From the human T2T-CHM13v2.0 reference genome, Homo sapiens: a stretch of DNA of 64,000 bases. How positions within the stretch are numbered: position 1 is the stretch's first letter; each line of letters begins with the position of its first letter. The notes beneath the pieces are model-generated. The model worked only from the letters and a program-made list of their open reading frames with translations. It was not told the origin of the DNA and searched no databases. The stretch lies in NCBI RefSeq assembly GCF_009914755.1, contig NC_060932.1; one strand, 5' to 3'. The translations under genes and the position numbers were made by a program. Positions 15,191 through 30,941 of the stretch are shown here, in pieces.

Positions 15191-17689
15191 AAGAACAAAC
15201 ACAGAAAACTTCCTAAATAAAAATATGACTAGAATAACTGCAATGTATGGACCAACATAAGCATGTTTAAGAGTGAACACAGGTGCTATTAGTAATTACA
15301 CCTGGACCAAAAGTATAACCCAGGATGCTCCCTGACATACTAGAATTTATGGTTTCTCTATCTATAATCTATTAACATAGCAGGCAGTAAACCTTCTCTT
15401 TTGTGGAGACCACACATGCACCAGACAAGCAGAGCCTGGATTCAATAGTGTGCCAGTAACTCACCCAGATTTTCAAGAAGTAATATTTACTGGGATTATG
15501 GATTAATCAGAGCTTGTGTTTACCAAAGTAAAGTTCACCAGTGATTCTTCAAATATGTTCACAAGCTAACTTGGCTTATATCCATTTACTTATAAATCAG
15601 AAGATTCCCCAAGATTTTACTGTCTGCCTGATTAAAGCTAGTATGTGCTATAAGTGTTTTCAAAATACTTTTTTCCAAAACTGTCCTTGCAGTTAAGGTG
15701 CTGTTAATTCAAAGTACCTATGACTTCCTATCAGAAATGAAAATGACACTTAATGAGAACAAAACATGTTTTCACTTGAAATGCAATTAAACCAAATTAG
15801 AGAAACAGTGTTTTTCTAACTAAGATAAAAACAGCTGTGTTTATGAAGCTGCTCTAATGGTATTAGAATTTCTCTTATGGAAACTTTTGCTTTATTTAAG
15901 ATATATGATTTTTATTTTAATTGACATTTTAGACAATGATACTTTCATTACAATTTTTTCAGTCAAGTATTTCTTTAGGGAATCTTTCCTATAATTCATA
16001 GTGAGCTAATTTGATCATGTATTAATAGAGATTTCATGGAGATTTGTTTTTAAAGGTTTTTATGTGAAACCTTTAAAAGGCCTCCCAACAAAAACTTTAC
16101 TTCATGACTAGATATGATTTAATCATGATTATGTCAAAATTGTAATTTTTAAAATGCCTTAAGAAAAATAATTTCTGCATACATTTGTGTAATTTTTCTA
16201 AAATGCAAAATTTGTAACAATTTCTAAGGTGTAGAAAAAACATTTATTTAAGTTGCTGGTTTTTTTAATATTCATGTGTATGTTTTGGGATTTTGTAGAT
16301 ATAACCTATGCCTTAGATTACTACATGTTGATGTGACTTGCTGATGTTTCACCAAAAAAAAAAGAATGCTTCCATTTCTACACTTAACATTTTTTTCTTT
16401 ATCTTTCATAATTACGGTCCATAACACTTGGAGTAACAACATGTTTTCCTGTGTATATATAATATAAATGGTTATATACAAACAATAGAAGAAATACGCA
16501 ATTTCCCAAAATGATAACATTTGAAGACGTCATTACCAACAACAACATCACTAGAAACATTACTGCTGTTAAGAGCTTGATCTAGAAAATATAAGCTTAA
16601 ACTGCTCTGTTTGGAAACAGCATGTAATCGGGATATTTAACTAGAAATTCAAGTACAATAAAATGGATTTAATTAGTTATGTAGCTATAAAATACCTTAA
16701 ATTTTTTTAGGCTATGTCTGCATGGGCAACTACTTAAATGTTTTTAGATTAATTTATTTTAGTCAATTTAATTTTAATAATTACCTCAACTATATGTTAT
16801 TTTCTTCCTTTAAATAATCACAGAACACGCTGTTTTAGGATCAGGTAGAAGCTGAGACAATCTCTTTTGAACAAATTTTATTTTTATTCCAAAATTAATT
16901 GTCCTAAAAATAGTACATTTAGCCATGAAAAAGAGAAAACAAGTAAACCTATCAAAATGGGACACTGTTAATTAACTAAACATAGAAAATAGATTCATTC
17001 ATTATCCACCAAAAATTTCAATGTACCTGCCAGGTAAAAGCACCATATTCAGTACCATGAAAGTGATAACGATTCCAATAACAGAACATCTTCCCTCAAA
17101 GAACTTATCACATGTTTATGTATAAGTTTAAATGCATTGAATGTCAAAAATGCAGATAGCGCTTTGATCAAGGACATTTTAGCAATGTATTCAGACAGGA
17201 TCTTTATTTTCTAGGGTTTTCATTATAAGGCAGAAAGGTTAGACTAAAGAGTAATGTTAAAAATACAAATTATTTTTGTATTCTAGACATTTCTATAAGA
17301 AATGTATGGAAATAGAACTGTAATTTTGGCAGTTTTTGTCACAGTGTCAGTGAGCAAATAGATGTCATACTCATGAGTACAGAAAGAGGACATTCTCTTT
17401 AACAGCCACATACTTCTTACCCAGAAACCCTTGGAGAAGATTTATAAACCCACATACTCAGAATATGGTAATGAGGAAATGCTGTCTGCCCTGGGAAGGG
17501 GAAGAGGATCTAAAACATTTAGGACAGGTAATTCCACAACCATGCCTTAAGATAAATCCATGCCTTGAAAAGTAAAAAGAACAGCAAAAACAGCTAGTTA
17601 GTCAAAGGTCAAGATAGCAAACCCTAGCTGGTAAACTTGTCTGAATCTTTACTGTATTCCTCAAGCTATAAACTATGTTTATAGACTCC

Positions 17690-17832
17690 TTCAAACAGGA
17701 TTAAATTTTGGAGGCATTTTCTTAAAAAAATAGTAAATCCCCACTGTAAAATTAGTTATAGGCTTTGGACAGGATTCTTGCCAATGGGGCTCAGAGGCTT
17801 AAGTTTTATTAATTTCACAGTAACTCCACCTT
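17690..17832 (-). mobile_element. MER53-like hAT fragment
   Basis: The reverse complement of 17792-17830 resembles the MER53 terminus and the copy at 27525. Confidence 0.45.
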
Positions 17833-19109
17833 AGTTCACAGATATTTTCAAAACATGGAAAGTGTGATTGAAGTCAGGTAAGTCTAATCAAATATGAGTT
17901 CTGGTGCCACAGAACGGTGATGTTGAAATACTTGGCTTTTATTGGCTATTTATGGCTTTTATTGGCATATTAATGTCTTTTACTGATGATCTCAAGTTCT
18001 GTCTATAGAAACACTGATGTCTGATTGTAACAGTTTAATCAATGTATAAACCAATCTGGATGGTTCAGATCTCAATTCCAACGTTTCCTTTAGAATTCAG
18101 GCTCAATTTATCTAAATTGGGCTCATTATATTATTATTAATTTTACTTTGGCTGTGGGCTGAGTTAAAGCACACTATGTTTTTGAGCATTCTAAGATTGT
18201 TCCAGGATTTAAAAATTTAAGATTACTTTGGTTTCTTGGAATTATTTAATACACACTGCAATTTTCCCTGAAAAACACATGTAAGCTAAAATGGCTCTAT
18301 GGAAATGTTTTATGTTTTAATGAGGTTGGGAAACAGAGATAAATTCACCTGGTCATAATCATATAGTAAATATTGATGAAAGGAACCTTTTTCTAAACTG
18401 CATAGCTATAATTCTATTCCAGCTGATTTTGTAGATTTAAAATATTTTACCCTGTTTTTGTGTCTCTTAAGGAGTTTCTGTTTGGGTTATTTGTACAGAT
18501 CAACAGATAAAAACTTATGTCCTAGAACAAAAACAGCACACTTAAACACATCTTTTCTTTCAGGCCAAAAAGTTTGCTGTTTCAGGACCATGGACCTCCT
18601 TAGGAACGTGTACATATTTCCCTAATGAATCCTTAGGCTGTGATATGTTTTCGAGTTAAATTGTTATTACTGATAGAAAAGTTCTTTATGTCTGCCATAA
18701 ATGTGCATTAAAGTTTATATAGCATTCACCTTCATGATTGGTGTTTTATCTTACTGATTATTTTGGCAGAGAACAAATACCAAAAGTCTCCCCATGAGAA
18801 ATAAAAACAAACCACGACCCTCTAAAAATAGAAAAAAAGCCACAACTCTTCAGGTCCTCCTTGGACCCATGGACAAGGCTCATAAACCTCCTTGGTGTCC
18901 ATTCCATGTTCTGTGAATCTGGCTGATGGTCAAAGAAAGGGCTAGAGACAGGATGATCTACAAATAGAGGAGATTGAATTTCCAAATGAGGTTTGATCAT
19001 CTGCTCTTTGTGATTTTTTTCCAATTGCTTCCCCATGTGCCTTGGTTTAGCCTTTCAAAAAATTAGAATTTTATACCCCTAGGATGTAAAATACCATGTC
19101 AGCGCACTT

Positions 19110-19250
19110 TTTGTGCCTGGAATGCACCTTGGAGATAGCCTTGCCCATTGACCAGCTCTTCATTTTTCAGAGGGAGAAGAAAGTGAGGTCTGGGAAAGTA
19201 AAATGCCTGCCCAAATCCACAGAGCTAAGAAGTAGCAGAGCAGAGATCAT
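19110..19250 (-). mobile_element. MIR
   Basis: catttttcagagggag..aaagtgaggtc..tgcccaaatccacagagctaagaagtagcagagc. Confidence 0.65.
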
Positions 19251-19354
19251 TACCACACATTCCAAACTTTCTTCCTATTTATCATTTTTCTCCTTGAGCC
19301 CCTTCCTGTCTGAGACACTACATCAATTAAAATTATTTTATAACTGCAACATCG

Positions 19355-19950
19355 TACAATTGCCATGTAACACATTGCCCAATGCAATTCAATCTTAGCA
19401 TCTGGAAACAATACTCATTTATTAACTCACACTTTGTAGGTCAGAAGTCTGAGCACAGCATAGCAAAGTCCTGTTCTTAGGGTCTCACCAGGCTGAAATC
19501 AAGGTGTTGACCGGGCCGTCTCCTAATCTGGAGTGTGGAGTCCTCTTCCAAGTCCATTCAGGTTGTTGGCAGGATTAATTCGTTGTAGCTGTAGGACTGA
19601 AGTCTCTTTTCTTGCTAGCTGTCAGCCAGGGGCAGCTCCAAGCTCTCAGACGCTGCCCTCAGGTCTTAGATGTGTGGCCCTCTCACTATACGACAGCTAC
19701 TTCTTCAAAGCCAATAGGAGAATATTTCTCTTCAGGAAAGGTTCACTCCCTTTTTAAGGACTCTGCTGATGAGGTCAGACCCACTCAAGACAATCTCCCT
19801 CTTGATTAGCTCAAAGCCAACCGACTAACAACTAGTCAAGAGTGGTATCCCATCATAGTCGTAATTCTCACTTGTGCTCAAAGGGGAGGGGATCATACAG
19901 CATGTGTGTACCAGGGGACAGGAGTCTTGGGAGTCATCTTAGAATTCTGT
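19355..19950 (-). mobile_element. MLT1 (ERVL-MaLR) LTR
   Basis: gtaggtcagaagtctgag, ggctgaaatcaaggtgttg, aggtcagacccactcaagacaatctccc, gagtcatcttagaattctg. Confidence 0.8.
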
Positions 19951-19956
19951 TTGTTG

Positions 19957-20583
<627 letters not shown>

Positions 20584-20964
20584 TCATTCAAGTACTAGAT
20601 TTCCTTTTGCCTCCTCTTACCTTCTGCTGCCCCCCAACTGAGTTGGTTCATTGTCTTCCATCCTACAGAAATCCAGAAAGGGATGATAAGAGAAGGTAAA
20701 TTCAGACTAGGGTGACGAAAACTCCAAATCCATGAACATATGGCATTTTTATTGGGTTCATGTATTCTTTGCAGCTGTAAGGGCATTGGCCAGGGATAAT
20801 TCAGAATTACCTTTTCACTAATTACTGAATAGTAAAATTTACCTATTCTTTGGGCATGAAGCTTCTTTTAATACAGCTGGCCTGGATTCAGAGCTGTCTG
20901 GGGACACCTGTGCTGGGTTGGCAGGAGCAGCAGCAGCTGGAAGTCAGGGGAGAGTGGCAACTAA

Positions 20965-21481
<517 letters not shown>

Positions 21482-22089
21482 TGAGACAGTGACCCTCTGA
21501 GGGTCTCAGCATATTTAGGCAGAGATTGGGGGATGGCGGAGGGAGCTACTGAGTGACAGGCACCCTCTGAGAGGGAGCCTATCTCAAGCAATCAAAAAAT
21601 ATCAACTATATGTAGGGACTCTTTCTCCCTTCAAGAGTTACAATTAAACTTTTCAGAAATCAAGATCAAGGCTATAGATGATAAAAATTTTATTCCTAAA
21701 GGAATTTATAGACAAGAAATTGATTGAACCTTATAATACCCCATGATGGTTCATGAGAAACACGTGTTCATATGATTATACCATGTTTTTAAATATGGGG
21801 AAATAAAGCACAGAGTAGGTGAATGTGAATTTAGGGACATCAAAATGTAATGACAAAAATCAGCTAGGCTTGTTCTTGAATCCCTCAAACTGTAACTTTT
21901 GGCTGAACAAATGAATTAAGATATAGCTAATACAGCTGCAGAGCTTGGAAAAGTTACAGTTGCTTTGTTAAAGTATATTGAGTTGGAGTAAAAAGTTCTA
22001 TTTGGAAAGATTTCAAAACCCTTCAATGGCAGCCCAATCATTCCGAAGCTGAATTAAATGTAAATTGTGAATTATCTGCATACGTTTAT

Positions 22090-23400
22090 AGTCTATTCAT
22101 TTTAATATACATACGGTGGTTGTGTACTTTAAGAAGATAAAAAGATGATTCCTGAGGCATCATTACTGCATGGCAGAGAGACAAACTTGAAAACAAGTAA
22201 TTATAATAATGCAAGTGTTAAACTGAAGATACAGAGAAGGAATACACATATTCCACAGTCACTGGTTCCCTTTGGGAACATCAGGAAAAAACAGAAGAGG
22301 AAAGTTTTGAGTTGGGTCTGGAAGAATGGAACTTTAGCAGGCAGAAAAGGAGAAGAAAATTCCAAGTGGTAAGAAAAACACAGTTAAAATCATAGAGGCA
22401 AGAAAATATAAGAGGCTAGAAAACCATAGTTCAGTGTGGCCAGGGTGCCCACAATGCACAGGAGAAGATAGAAAAGAGATTGTTTATGCAGCAATGAGAT
22501 TGGAAAGGACCTGGCTGCCCTCTAAGGAGAAGTTTCTATTTTATAGCAGCAGGAATCTAATAGAGACGTTACACGAAGGAATGACAAGATAATCGCTCTA
22601 TTTTAGAAGATTAACTCTGGTAGCAGGAGCTGGGATGGCTGGGGGTGTGAACTGAAACTGACGCTGCGTAAGAAGAGAATTTACAAGCCCAGTCAAAGAA
22701 TGAGGAAGAGGACCCAGGTCAGGGAAGAAGCAAGACAGGCGATGAGAATAAAGGCTGCTTCAGAGGTGAACACTGTAGAATTGGGGGCACCAGGTGGCTG
22801 GAGGCAGGTGAGAAGAAAAGGAAGATGTAAAGAGAAAAATGAAGGATGATGCCTAGTTTCTGATCCTGAGCTCTGTCTGGCTTTTTTTGCGGGGAAGGGA
22901 TGGAGATTAATGAATTGTCTTTGGGCATGTTTAGTTTCAGGTACTTGGAAATACAGGCTTGCAGTTTAGAAAACAACTTACAGCTGTAGATAAACATTTA
23001 CGAATTATCAACATTTGAGGTAGTGGCAAGTAAATGATGTTTTTATAGAATTATCATGTAGTTAAGAAGAAAACAGTTTTAAATATTGGACCATGGGCCA
23101 GCATTTAAGAGAAAGTTAAGGAAAAAAAAAAGATTTAAGAAAAAGACACACAGAAAGTCATGCCACTGAGATTTTACTATGAGTCCCAGGCAAAGGTTTT
23201 AAGATGAGTGTATCAATGTCCCCTAGGCATAAAAAGGATTAAAAAGAGAAGAGTTCAGATGACAATTTGGAAGGCACTGGTAAACTTTGAGCAGTTTAAT
23301 TAGATTGGTGGAGAGTTGGAGACGAGACAGAGTCCTTGAACTGATAAACAAAAAAAATCTGAGAGTATTTGGTAGTGAAAGTAAAGGAAGGGTCAAAAGA
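22090..23400 (-). mobile_element. L2 relic
   Basis: Purine-rich degenerate L2 motifs (ttttagaagattaactctggtagc, gaaggatgatgcctagtttctg, tttgggcatgtttagtttcaggtac). Confidence 0.6.
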
Positions 23401-25759
23401 AAGGTTTTGTTGTTGTTGTTGTTGTTGTTATGGTTTCTTCGATAGAAAGGGGAAAGATAATGGTTAATTGGGGTAACCCAGCAGTAGAGATTGGCAGGGC
23501 AGGTAAACCGGCAGGATAAAGGAAGGAGAGTATGGATTAGATTTTAATAAAAGTTTCTTAGGGAAGAGGGGAAGAAGGAAAAAAAATGAGTTGAGAAAAT
23601 ATATATTAAATTCTTTACATTGTGCTTCTGAGACAGAGCTATATTTAGCACCCATAATAAATATATCTGATAAGAATCCTAGTATGTTGCTGACTCTCAG
23701 CACTCTGCTTATTATTATGAAAATAAAAATGACTTCCATGTCATTCTGTCAGACTATCTTTTGGAAAAAACAACGACAACAAAAATAAAAATGTCATTCA
23801 ATCCGAAAGCAAGAGAAAAGACACCTTAGTAAAAGTAACTTTCTTCTTCCACCTACAAAACCAGAACTTGAAGACACAAATCTCAGGTGTACTGAAATAA
23901 TTTTTTTGTGCCTGGATATAACTGCTTTATGGGATCACAGAGACTTCAGTACACACTCTGGGACAAACAGATTATTCACAAATGATGATCCAAACATATT
24001 CTAGGCATTCAATTGAATAAGGCCCAGGATCACCCCCAGAATTTTTCTCTGGGCGCCAAAGAATCCTACATGCTGAATAAGACCCTAGGCAAGACCAGAG
24101 CTCCCTGCACCATTTGAATTAGGTAGTTTCCATCTTGCACCTATGGGAAAGAGTTGGAGCCAACCCAATCTTTATGATTAGGCAGGAAAAACAACATTTT
24201 CCATAAGAATGTAATCTTCTGCATGGTTGGTCACCAGTTATTTGTTGGACATCCATTTGGTTTCTGCCAAGTTAGCTAATTGTTCTGCTAAATCATCTTT
24301 AAAAGATGACTTGCCTTCTTGAGTTGTTAATACTTGTGAAATTCTTTTCCCAAATGAATGAGAATTGAAAGACATAGATTCTTTTAACACACACATACAC
24401 AAAATTCCCAAACATATAGTGTGTTGAAAGTTAGTCTGTTGCAAAGAAACTTGAGTTCTAGGCCCGGATCCAGGGGTGGAGATGACTGTAACATTCCACC
24501 AAGAACTTCACTCTTGGCTTTCACCTCGAAACTAAAAATCCCTAGTTAAGTCAGATATATGAAGTATTGCACTCTAACATGAGGAGGAACTGAAGAAAAG
24601 GGAGGATGTTTTCATAAAGATTTAGTGAGGAAGTTAGAAGGAATTATGTGTGAAAGAAGGAAAAAGAGTAATTGTGGTATTATTACAATACATGCCTGGG
24701 CCAGGTACAGAATATGATGGGTCCGTGTTTCACTCCATACAGCCCTGTTATCATGATGACATTATGAAGTAATTTCCTATATACTATAATCTGTTTTGGA
24801 AATGCTTTCTACCAGGTGTCTCTTATGGAACATACAGGAAAAAAAAAAAAAAAGAGTTGACCTATTAAATTACTCTCGCTGTTCAAATATTTGAAGTACT
24901 AATTCATCACTCATGACATTCAATTTATATTTTAACATCATTATAAATTTAACAGGGTTGAATCTTTCAAAATAACAAAGAAAGTGCCTTTTGAAAGGAA
25001 AGAAGATAGGAACGTTGAAGAGGTTCTTGTGGGATCACTCTTAAAAGCCATCAAAGCATCTGAATCTCTCTCTTGGCTGTATAATAAATATTCACAGAAA
25101 ATGAGCGCCAAGTATGTATGGAGAAATGCCTTGGCATTTGCTGTATGAATATGGATGATGGGAATATAGTAAAATATTAGAGAGATTAAATCGAAACTCA
25201 AAGATAGTTCTAAGGTGTTTACTGGGTGTCACTTGATGAAATGACTCTATGGGGATTTATCACTAATCTGTGAAGTGAAAAATAATCTTAATGACGAGAG
25301 GAAGCTTACCTACATTATGCCTAGGACAAGAAGTTTTTAATTCCCCTCTAACAATGCAGTGTTTGCAGGTTTTCATCCATTATCACTTTGTTAGAGTATC
25401 TTTGCTAAAACCCAACTATTTTATAGGCTCCTCTGACACCTCACAAGAATCCAAGGGAGGAAATGAAGCCAATGAACGTAATCTACAGGTGAAATTTGCA
25501 GAGCAAATTCAGGAAAAAAAAGTAATTATGCTTCTTCGCATTTTATCATTTTATAAACTCACCTTTTAGAGAAGGTATTGAGAGATTATACTGATTAGTC
25601 CAGATTTTTATTTTACATATTTGTTCATGGAAAGGCTTATTTTAACAGAAGTTATATCAAGGTATCATGCCCAGTACCATCATCATCATCATCAAAAATT
25701 TGACTGAATAAACCTAAGTACACACACACTTCTGTATGTATAGTCTTACATATGAAAGT

Positions 25760-26530
25760 AATATTTATTCATTCACCAAAAAGTGTAAAGAGAGGTTAAA
25801 ACAGGATGGGATGAAACAGTGTACAAAGGTAAGGAAAAGCTTTTCCAAGCAACTGAATTTCCCTTGAAGCCTGAATGTTAAGTGGAATTAGGCAAAGTGT
25901 GGTGGTTGTGGGAAAATTCAGGCAGAGGACATAGCTAGTGCAAAGGCTCTAAGGCTGCAAAGGATGCAAGCTATGCAGGCATGGTGCAAGGAGGCCTTTG
26001 TGCAGGAAGCAAAGGGAGATAAGGCTGGGGTGACCCACAGCCTCCTTCTTCAAGGGCACTGGATAGACTCCTGGGAAGCAAAAAGTGACTGGATTAAATT
26101 TGCATTTCAAAAAGACTCTTCTGACTACAGTATGTGGCAAGATAATTGGGTGAAGCAATAGTCCAGGTGGAAAGCTTTATTACAGTCAAAACAAAAAAGG
26201 ATGAAGACTTGGATTGGGGTGGTACTTAGTGAAGAGGCATAAAAGAAGACTGAAGTCAAAATGACAGGACTTGGGGATGGGTGGGCCACAGAAAGAAGGT
26301 GTCAAAATGATTGTCACAGTAGGTAATTAGTCATTGATTGATAGAAAATGGTAATCACTGAACTAGGCTTTTTATCTTCATTCTGTTCTATTTAGGTTCA
26401 TTCTATCCAAAGTATTTAGTGCTTACCAGATGCAAAGTACAGCTAGGAATTCTAATGGATAGAAATATAAAATAAATGGATACAAGGTTATATAATCTCT
26501 GCCTTTTATAGGCTTATATTCAAATACAGA
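25760..26530 (-). mobile_element. L2 relics
   Basis: caggcagaggacatagctagtgcaaaggctctaaggc, tttgcatttcaaaaagactcttctgactac, and an L2 3' end near 26400-26450. Confidence 0.6.
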
Positions 26531-26579
26531 CAATGCTTTCCATTTCCAGTAAAGGGAATGAGAAATTATATAACCAGAT

Positions 26580-26692
26580 ACATATATATTGACACACAAA
26601 TAAACAGATGTATACACATGTATGTCTACATATGTATATATGTATGTACACATATGCATATATAAGTATATATATATTTGCATCATATACAC
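26580..26692. repeat. (TA/CA/TG)n low-complexity tract
   Basis: Degenerate alternating purine-pyrimidine repeat. Confidence 0.8.
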
Positions 26693-27524
26693 ATCTAAAT
26701 TAAGGGTGCATTGCCAGGGGACTGAGGAGGATAAATAATGCAGAGGTCAGAAAAAATAACTGAAAAGTTGTGTGGGATGGTATTCTTCTTATAAGAAATT
26801 CAAATGTTTTCAAAAATGATTGTCTTATATATCTGCCTTATTACAGAAGAAATGTATGACGTTGGCCCTGTTTATCAGGGCCAGAAGAAGAAATTCAGCA
26901 ATAGTATTTAGCAGTATTAACAATTTTAATCCATGATATCAGTCATGACACTACAATCCTGACAGTAATCTTATTAATAGTAATGATAAATAATAGTAAT
27001 CATTAGTATGTAGTAATTTTTAAAAGTCACACAAGCAGAAAAACATAAACATAGATTTGATTTTAATGTTGTTTGAACATTGCCTTTTAGCATTTTTCTT
27101 TGAATTCTAAGCTCATAATTTTATCATAAAACTGTCTTTACAGCAGACAATGACTAATTAGTAATTCTATTAAATATTTGCCAAATGGAGGGTACCACTT
27201 CTAGTTTTGCCAGAGTGTCTTGCTGGTCAGAAGTGCTTTGCCTAATAAACTCAACATGCATGTTGATGCTAAGAGTCTAACGGAACACACAGGACAATCG
27301 CAAATCTGTGAATTATTAAGCCTCCTTTCACCTCAATTTCCTCCCTCATAGGATGGTCTTTGCTTATCTCAGTTTTGTGTGTATTCCTTTTGATTGCTTG
27401 TTAATGTCTCCTATTTATAGTGATATTATGTAACAGTATTATTTAATCTCCAAAATAGTATACAATTGTCAAGTACCATTGCTGTAATTATGGTGCAGAT
27501 GTTGGAATATGCTTGGAATCACTA

Positions 27525-27695
27525 AAAGTGAATTTACCATAAGCTAAGGAAGCTTACTCTTCAGGGACTCTGACTTGCAAGAGCCTATTTAATTTCTTAT
27601 TACCTAAATTTGTAAGTTTAATTTTGCAGTATTTTTCTTTTAAAAGATCCCCCAAATTTTATGAGCTTCATTTCCAGAAAACTCATCTGGCCTTG
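27525..27695 (+). mobile_element. MER53-like hAT MITE
   Basis: gtgaatttaccataagctaaggaagcttactcttcagggactctgacttgca...cccccaaattttatgagcttca. Confidence 0.6.
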
Positions 27696-27803
27696 TTTTT
27701 CATATTGTATTGTCATATTTAATTTGTTTTTATGCCTTTCTCACAATATTTTAGGTTCATGAGATCAGAGACAGTATTTTATTTGTTTCTCTACTGCCTA
27801 GCT

Positions 27804-27804
27804 T

Positions 27805-27840
<36 letters not shown>

Positions 27841-28150
27841 TTGTTATGAGACAGGGTCTCACTGTCACCCAGGCTGGAGTGCAGTGGCACATTTATGGCT
27901 TACTGCAGCCTCAACCTCCCAGGGCTCAGGTGATCCTCCCACCTCAACCTCCCAGTAGGTGGGACTACAGGGGAGCACCACTACACCTGGCTAATTTTTG
28001 TATCTTTTTTTTTTTTTTTTTTTTTTTTTTTGTAGAGACAGGATTTCCTCATGTTGCCCAGGCTGGTCTTGAACTCCTGGGCTCAAGCAATCCACTCATC
28101 TCAGCCTCTGAAAGTGTAAGAATTACAGGCATGAGCCACCATGCCCGGCC
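27804..28150 (-). mobile_element. Alu (AluJ-like) with a (TTTA)n tail, inserted in an L2 3' end
   Basis: Antisense Alu with a long mid-T tract. L2 tail motif gtaaatgcttggtgaatgaatgaat follows it. Confidence 0.92.
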
Positions 28151-30917
28151 TGTCTATCACTTAGTTCAGTAAATGCTTGGTGAATGAATGAATCATATAC
28201 ATTTAGTGGTTGTTTTGAAGTTGACTCTGCTGAGTGAGATTTTCTTTGCATTCATGCATCTTCATTAATGTCAACTTTGTTGCAGTTTTTAAAAAAGTAA
28301 TCTTTGTTTACATTATCTTAAGTTACTTGATTTAAAAAAGTTAAAAGTGACTATTTGCAGAATTCTAAAGTCCCATTACTGTCAACATGCATAATATTTT
28401 GCCAAAAATGCAATTTGTCTTGTTAGTCTTCTTTAATTTTTCCATGTTTTAAAACTTTTCTTGGAGTATTTCCCAAATGGGATTTACTGAGAGGATATAT
28501 TCAGCCAGCTTTGTAGATTCTAAGAGTCCTTCTAAAAGTTAAGTCTAGCCAAGGAAAAATGTAGTGGCACACGATTGCTTTTCTCTTACGCTGTCATTTA
28601 ATGTGAGATCTAAATTTTGCATTTCTTTAATGCCCAAGGTGTTTATTTTTTAAAATCTGTACTCTTTTTATCAGGAGTTATGTTGACAATTTACCTGGGA
28701 GCTGATATACCCTATATAATACATGATCTAAGACCTGAACAATACACAAATTAATAAAATTAAACCATTAAGATATGTCATCATTTCTAAATTATACAAT
28801 TGGGTTTTTTTTTTAAAGCAAAAATATTCTTCCTCTTTTCTCCATCCATTGTTCTGGTCAGTTCCAGGGTTTTTTACAAATGCAAAAGAAATTCATTTGC
28901 TACTCCTGACCACAGAGATGAATAATTTAAGGACAATATCAAATTCTTGATAAATCTCATAAATGTTTTAACTGTCCAAGAAATGGACATTTATTTGGTT
29001 AATCTTTTAGCTGGCCATAAATAATGTAATAAAACCCCTTAAAATTAACATTAAATAACATAAAGACCTAACGATTTTTAGAAAAAAACCTTTTTGGACT
29101 GAGCCTTGAATTTCCTGAGAATTCAGCTACAAGTGATAACTAAAATGTAACTCGAGAATCTGGATATGGTTCCAGAAAGGATTGTTGTCATGCAATTGCC
29201 ATTTCATCATCTTTCCTTAAAGTCCCTTCAATATTTATCATTGCAATTTTTGTCCTGTCTTTTCCCCTCCATCACATCAAACCAAGGAAAAACAATTATT
29301 AAATGCTCATTTATACTCACCTCCCTCCCTTCATATTCATTCATTCCTCAGCCCTAAAATTCCTGTAGGAATCCTGCTTTTATGTTTTATCTTAAAGCCA
29401 CCATAGTATCTGTAATCTCTTTTGTAGTCATGTATGCTTAATTTTGGAAGACTGTCAACTACCTCTTCAGGTTCATTCAAATGAAAATGTATCACAAAAT
29501 CGTAGGCTCTTCCCCTATCTCACTGAAAAATTACTCTAAAAATGACCAGTAAGCTGTTTTGTTGAAGCAAAACATCCAGACCCTAAACAAAAGTAGCAGA
29601 ATTACAACATTTCCATAGAAATGGATTTTGAGCTTTTTTTTTTAATTGGGGAAAATCTTATTTTTTAAAAAAGAATCCCAGAATACATCTTTGCTTTCAG
29701 TCCTTCAATTCTAACATAATGCCATGTTAGAGAATATGTGGTAGTGTATACTAAGCCCTTATGCTGTCTCACATCCTTGGGACAAAATATCTGTTTTGAA
29801 AGGACTTCTCTGAATTTTGCTATTTCCTGCTTACTGAGCAGTGGCCCCCTCCTGGGAAAACAGAGTTATTTCAGCCAGTGTTCAGACTCCATCTTGCATA
29901 CGTCTCTGTGGAATATTAATAGTGCTACTGAGATATATTCATCATCTTTTCTCTGCTTTTGCTGTCTTTATAGCCCAGTGAAATTTATATTTGGTGTTTG
30001 TAGGAAGGCTATCAGAAGCTACTTGGACATCAAACTTTTAAACTATAAATAATGATGGCAAGACTGCTAGGATATCTTTCCACAGTTAAACCCATTCAAC
30101 AGAGTTTCGTTCTTATGACAGTGCAAATTAAACTAGAATAAAATTAGTGTGATTTTAGGACAGTTTTAAAGTGAACATATTTCCCTCCCTCCCTTCCCAT
30201 CTACATATCAAGGAGACACTCCAGACTGCACTTTTATTTAAATTGCGGCCATCAGAAAATACCGTGAGAAGGTAGTGTGTAGGTAATGGTTCAGTTAGCA
30301 TTGACCCCAGAAAATGGAAAACCAAGAGCAAGTCACTTTTAAAGTGAAGCAATAGATTTTGAATATGGATTGTTCCAACTCACCACTTCCCGACCACAAC
30401 ACAAGAGTATTTCACTGTAAATTAAGAGTCTAAGTTAACCACAGCTGTGGTATAACTCTGAGAATGTTTTCTCTACATGTAGACAATTCTGGATCCTTCC
30501 GTGGTGCCCGTTACCCTGGTCTTTAACTTTTGTCCTTTGCAGGGGAGGGGTCAATGCCTTCTTATTTCCTTGCTCTTTAGAATTCTCCACCAGAGGGAGG
30601 ACAAGGGAAGGAGTAGGTTTCACGCGCAGTTCTGAGTAAAGTTTGAATCTGAGAAACCCCACATTCACGAATTAAGGATCTCCAGTTCTGTGTCTTTATT
30701 CTACCCCTCCCTGCCTGCTTTTCCACTCGGCAGAACTGAGTGACTTTCAGCGGCTGCAGTAATTTTAATTATTCTGAGTCGTGCTCCGAACTATGTTTTT
30801 TATCAGTTCCTCTGAAAATTAAGTTGTAGTAAGAGACGTAGTTTAAGGGCACCCCCTTAGAAGAGGCCAGGTTATTTTTTAAGGAAAAGCTGAAGATTTC
30901 TAACAGGCACTTACTAA

Positions 30918-30941
30918 ACACACACACACACACACGCACAC
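30918..30941. repeat. (AC)n microsatellite upstream of the NRG1 promoter
   Basis: (AC)9 followed by gcacac. Confidence 0.9.
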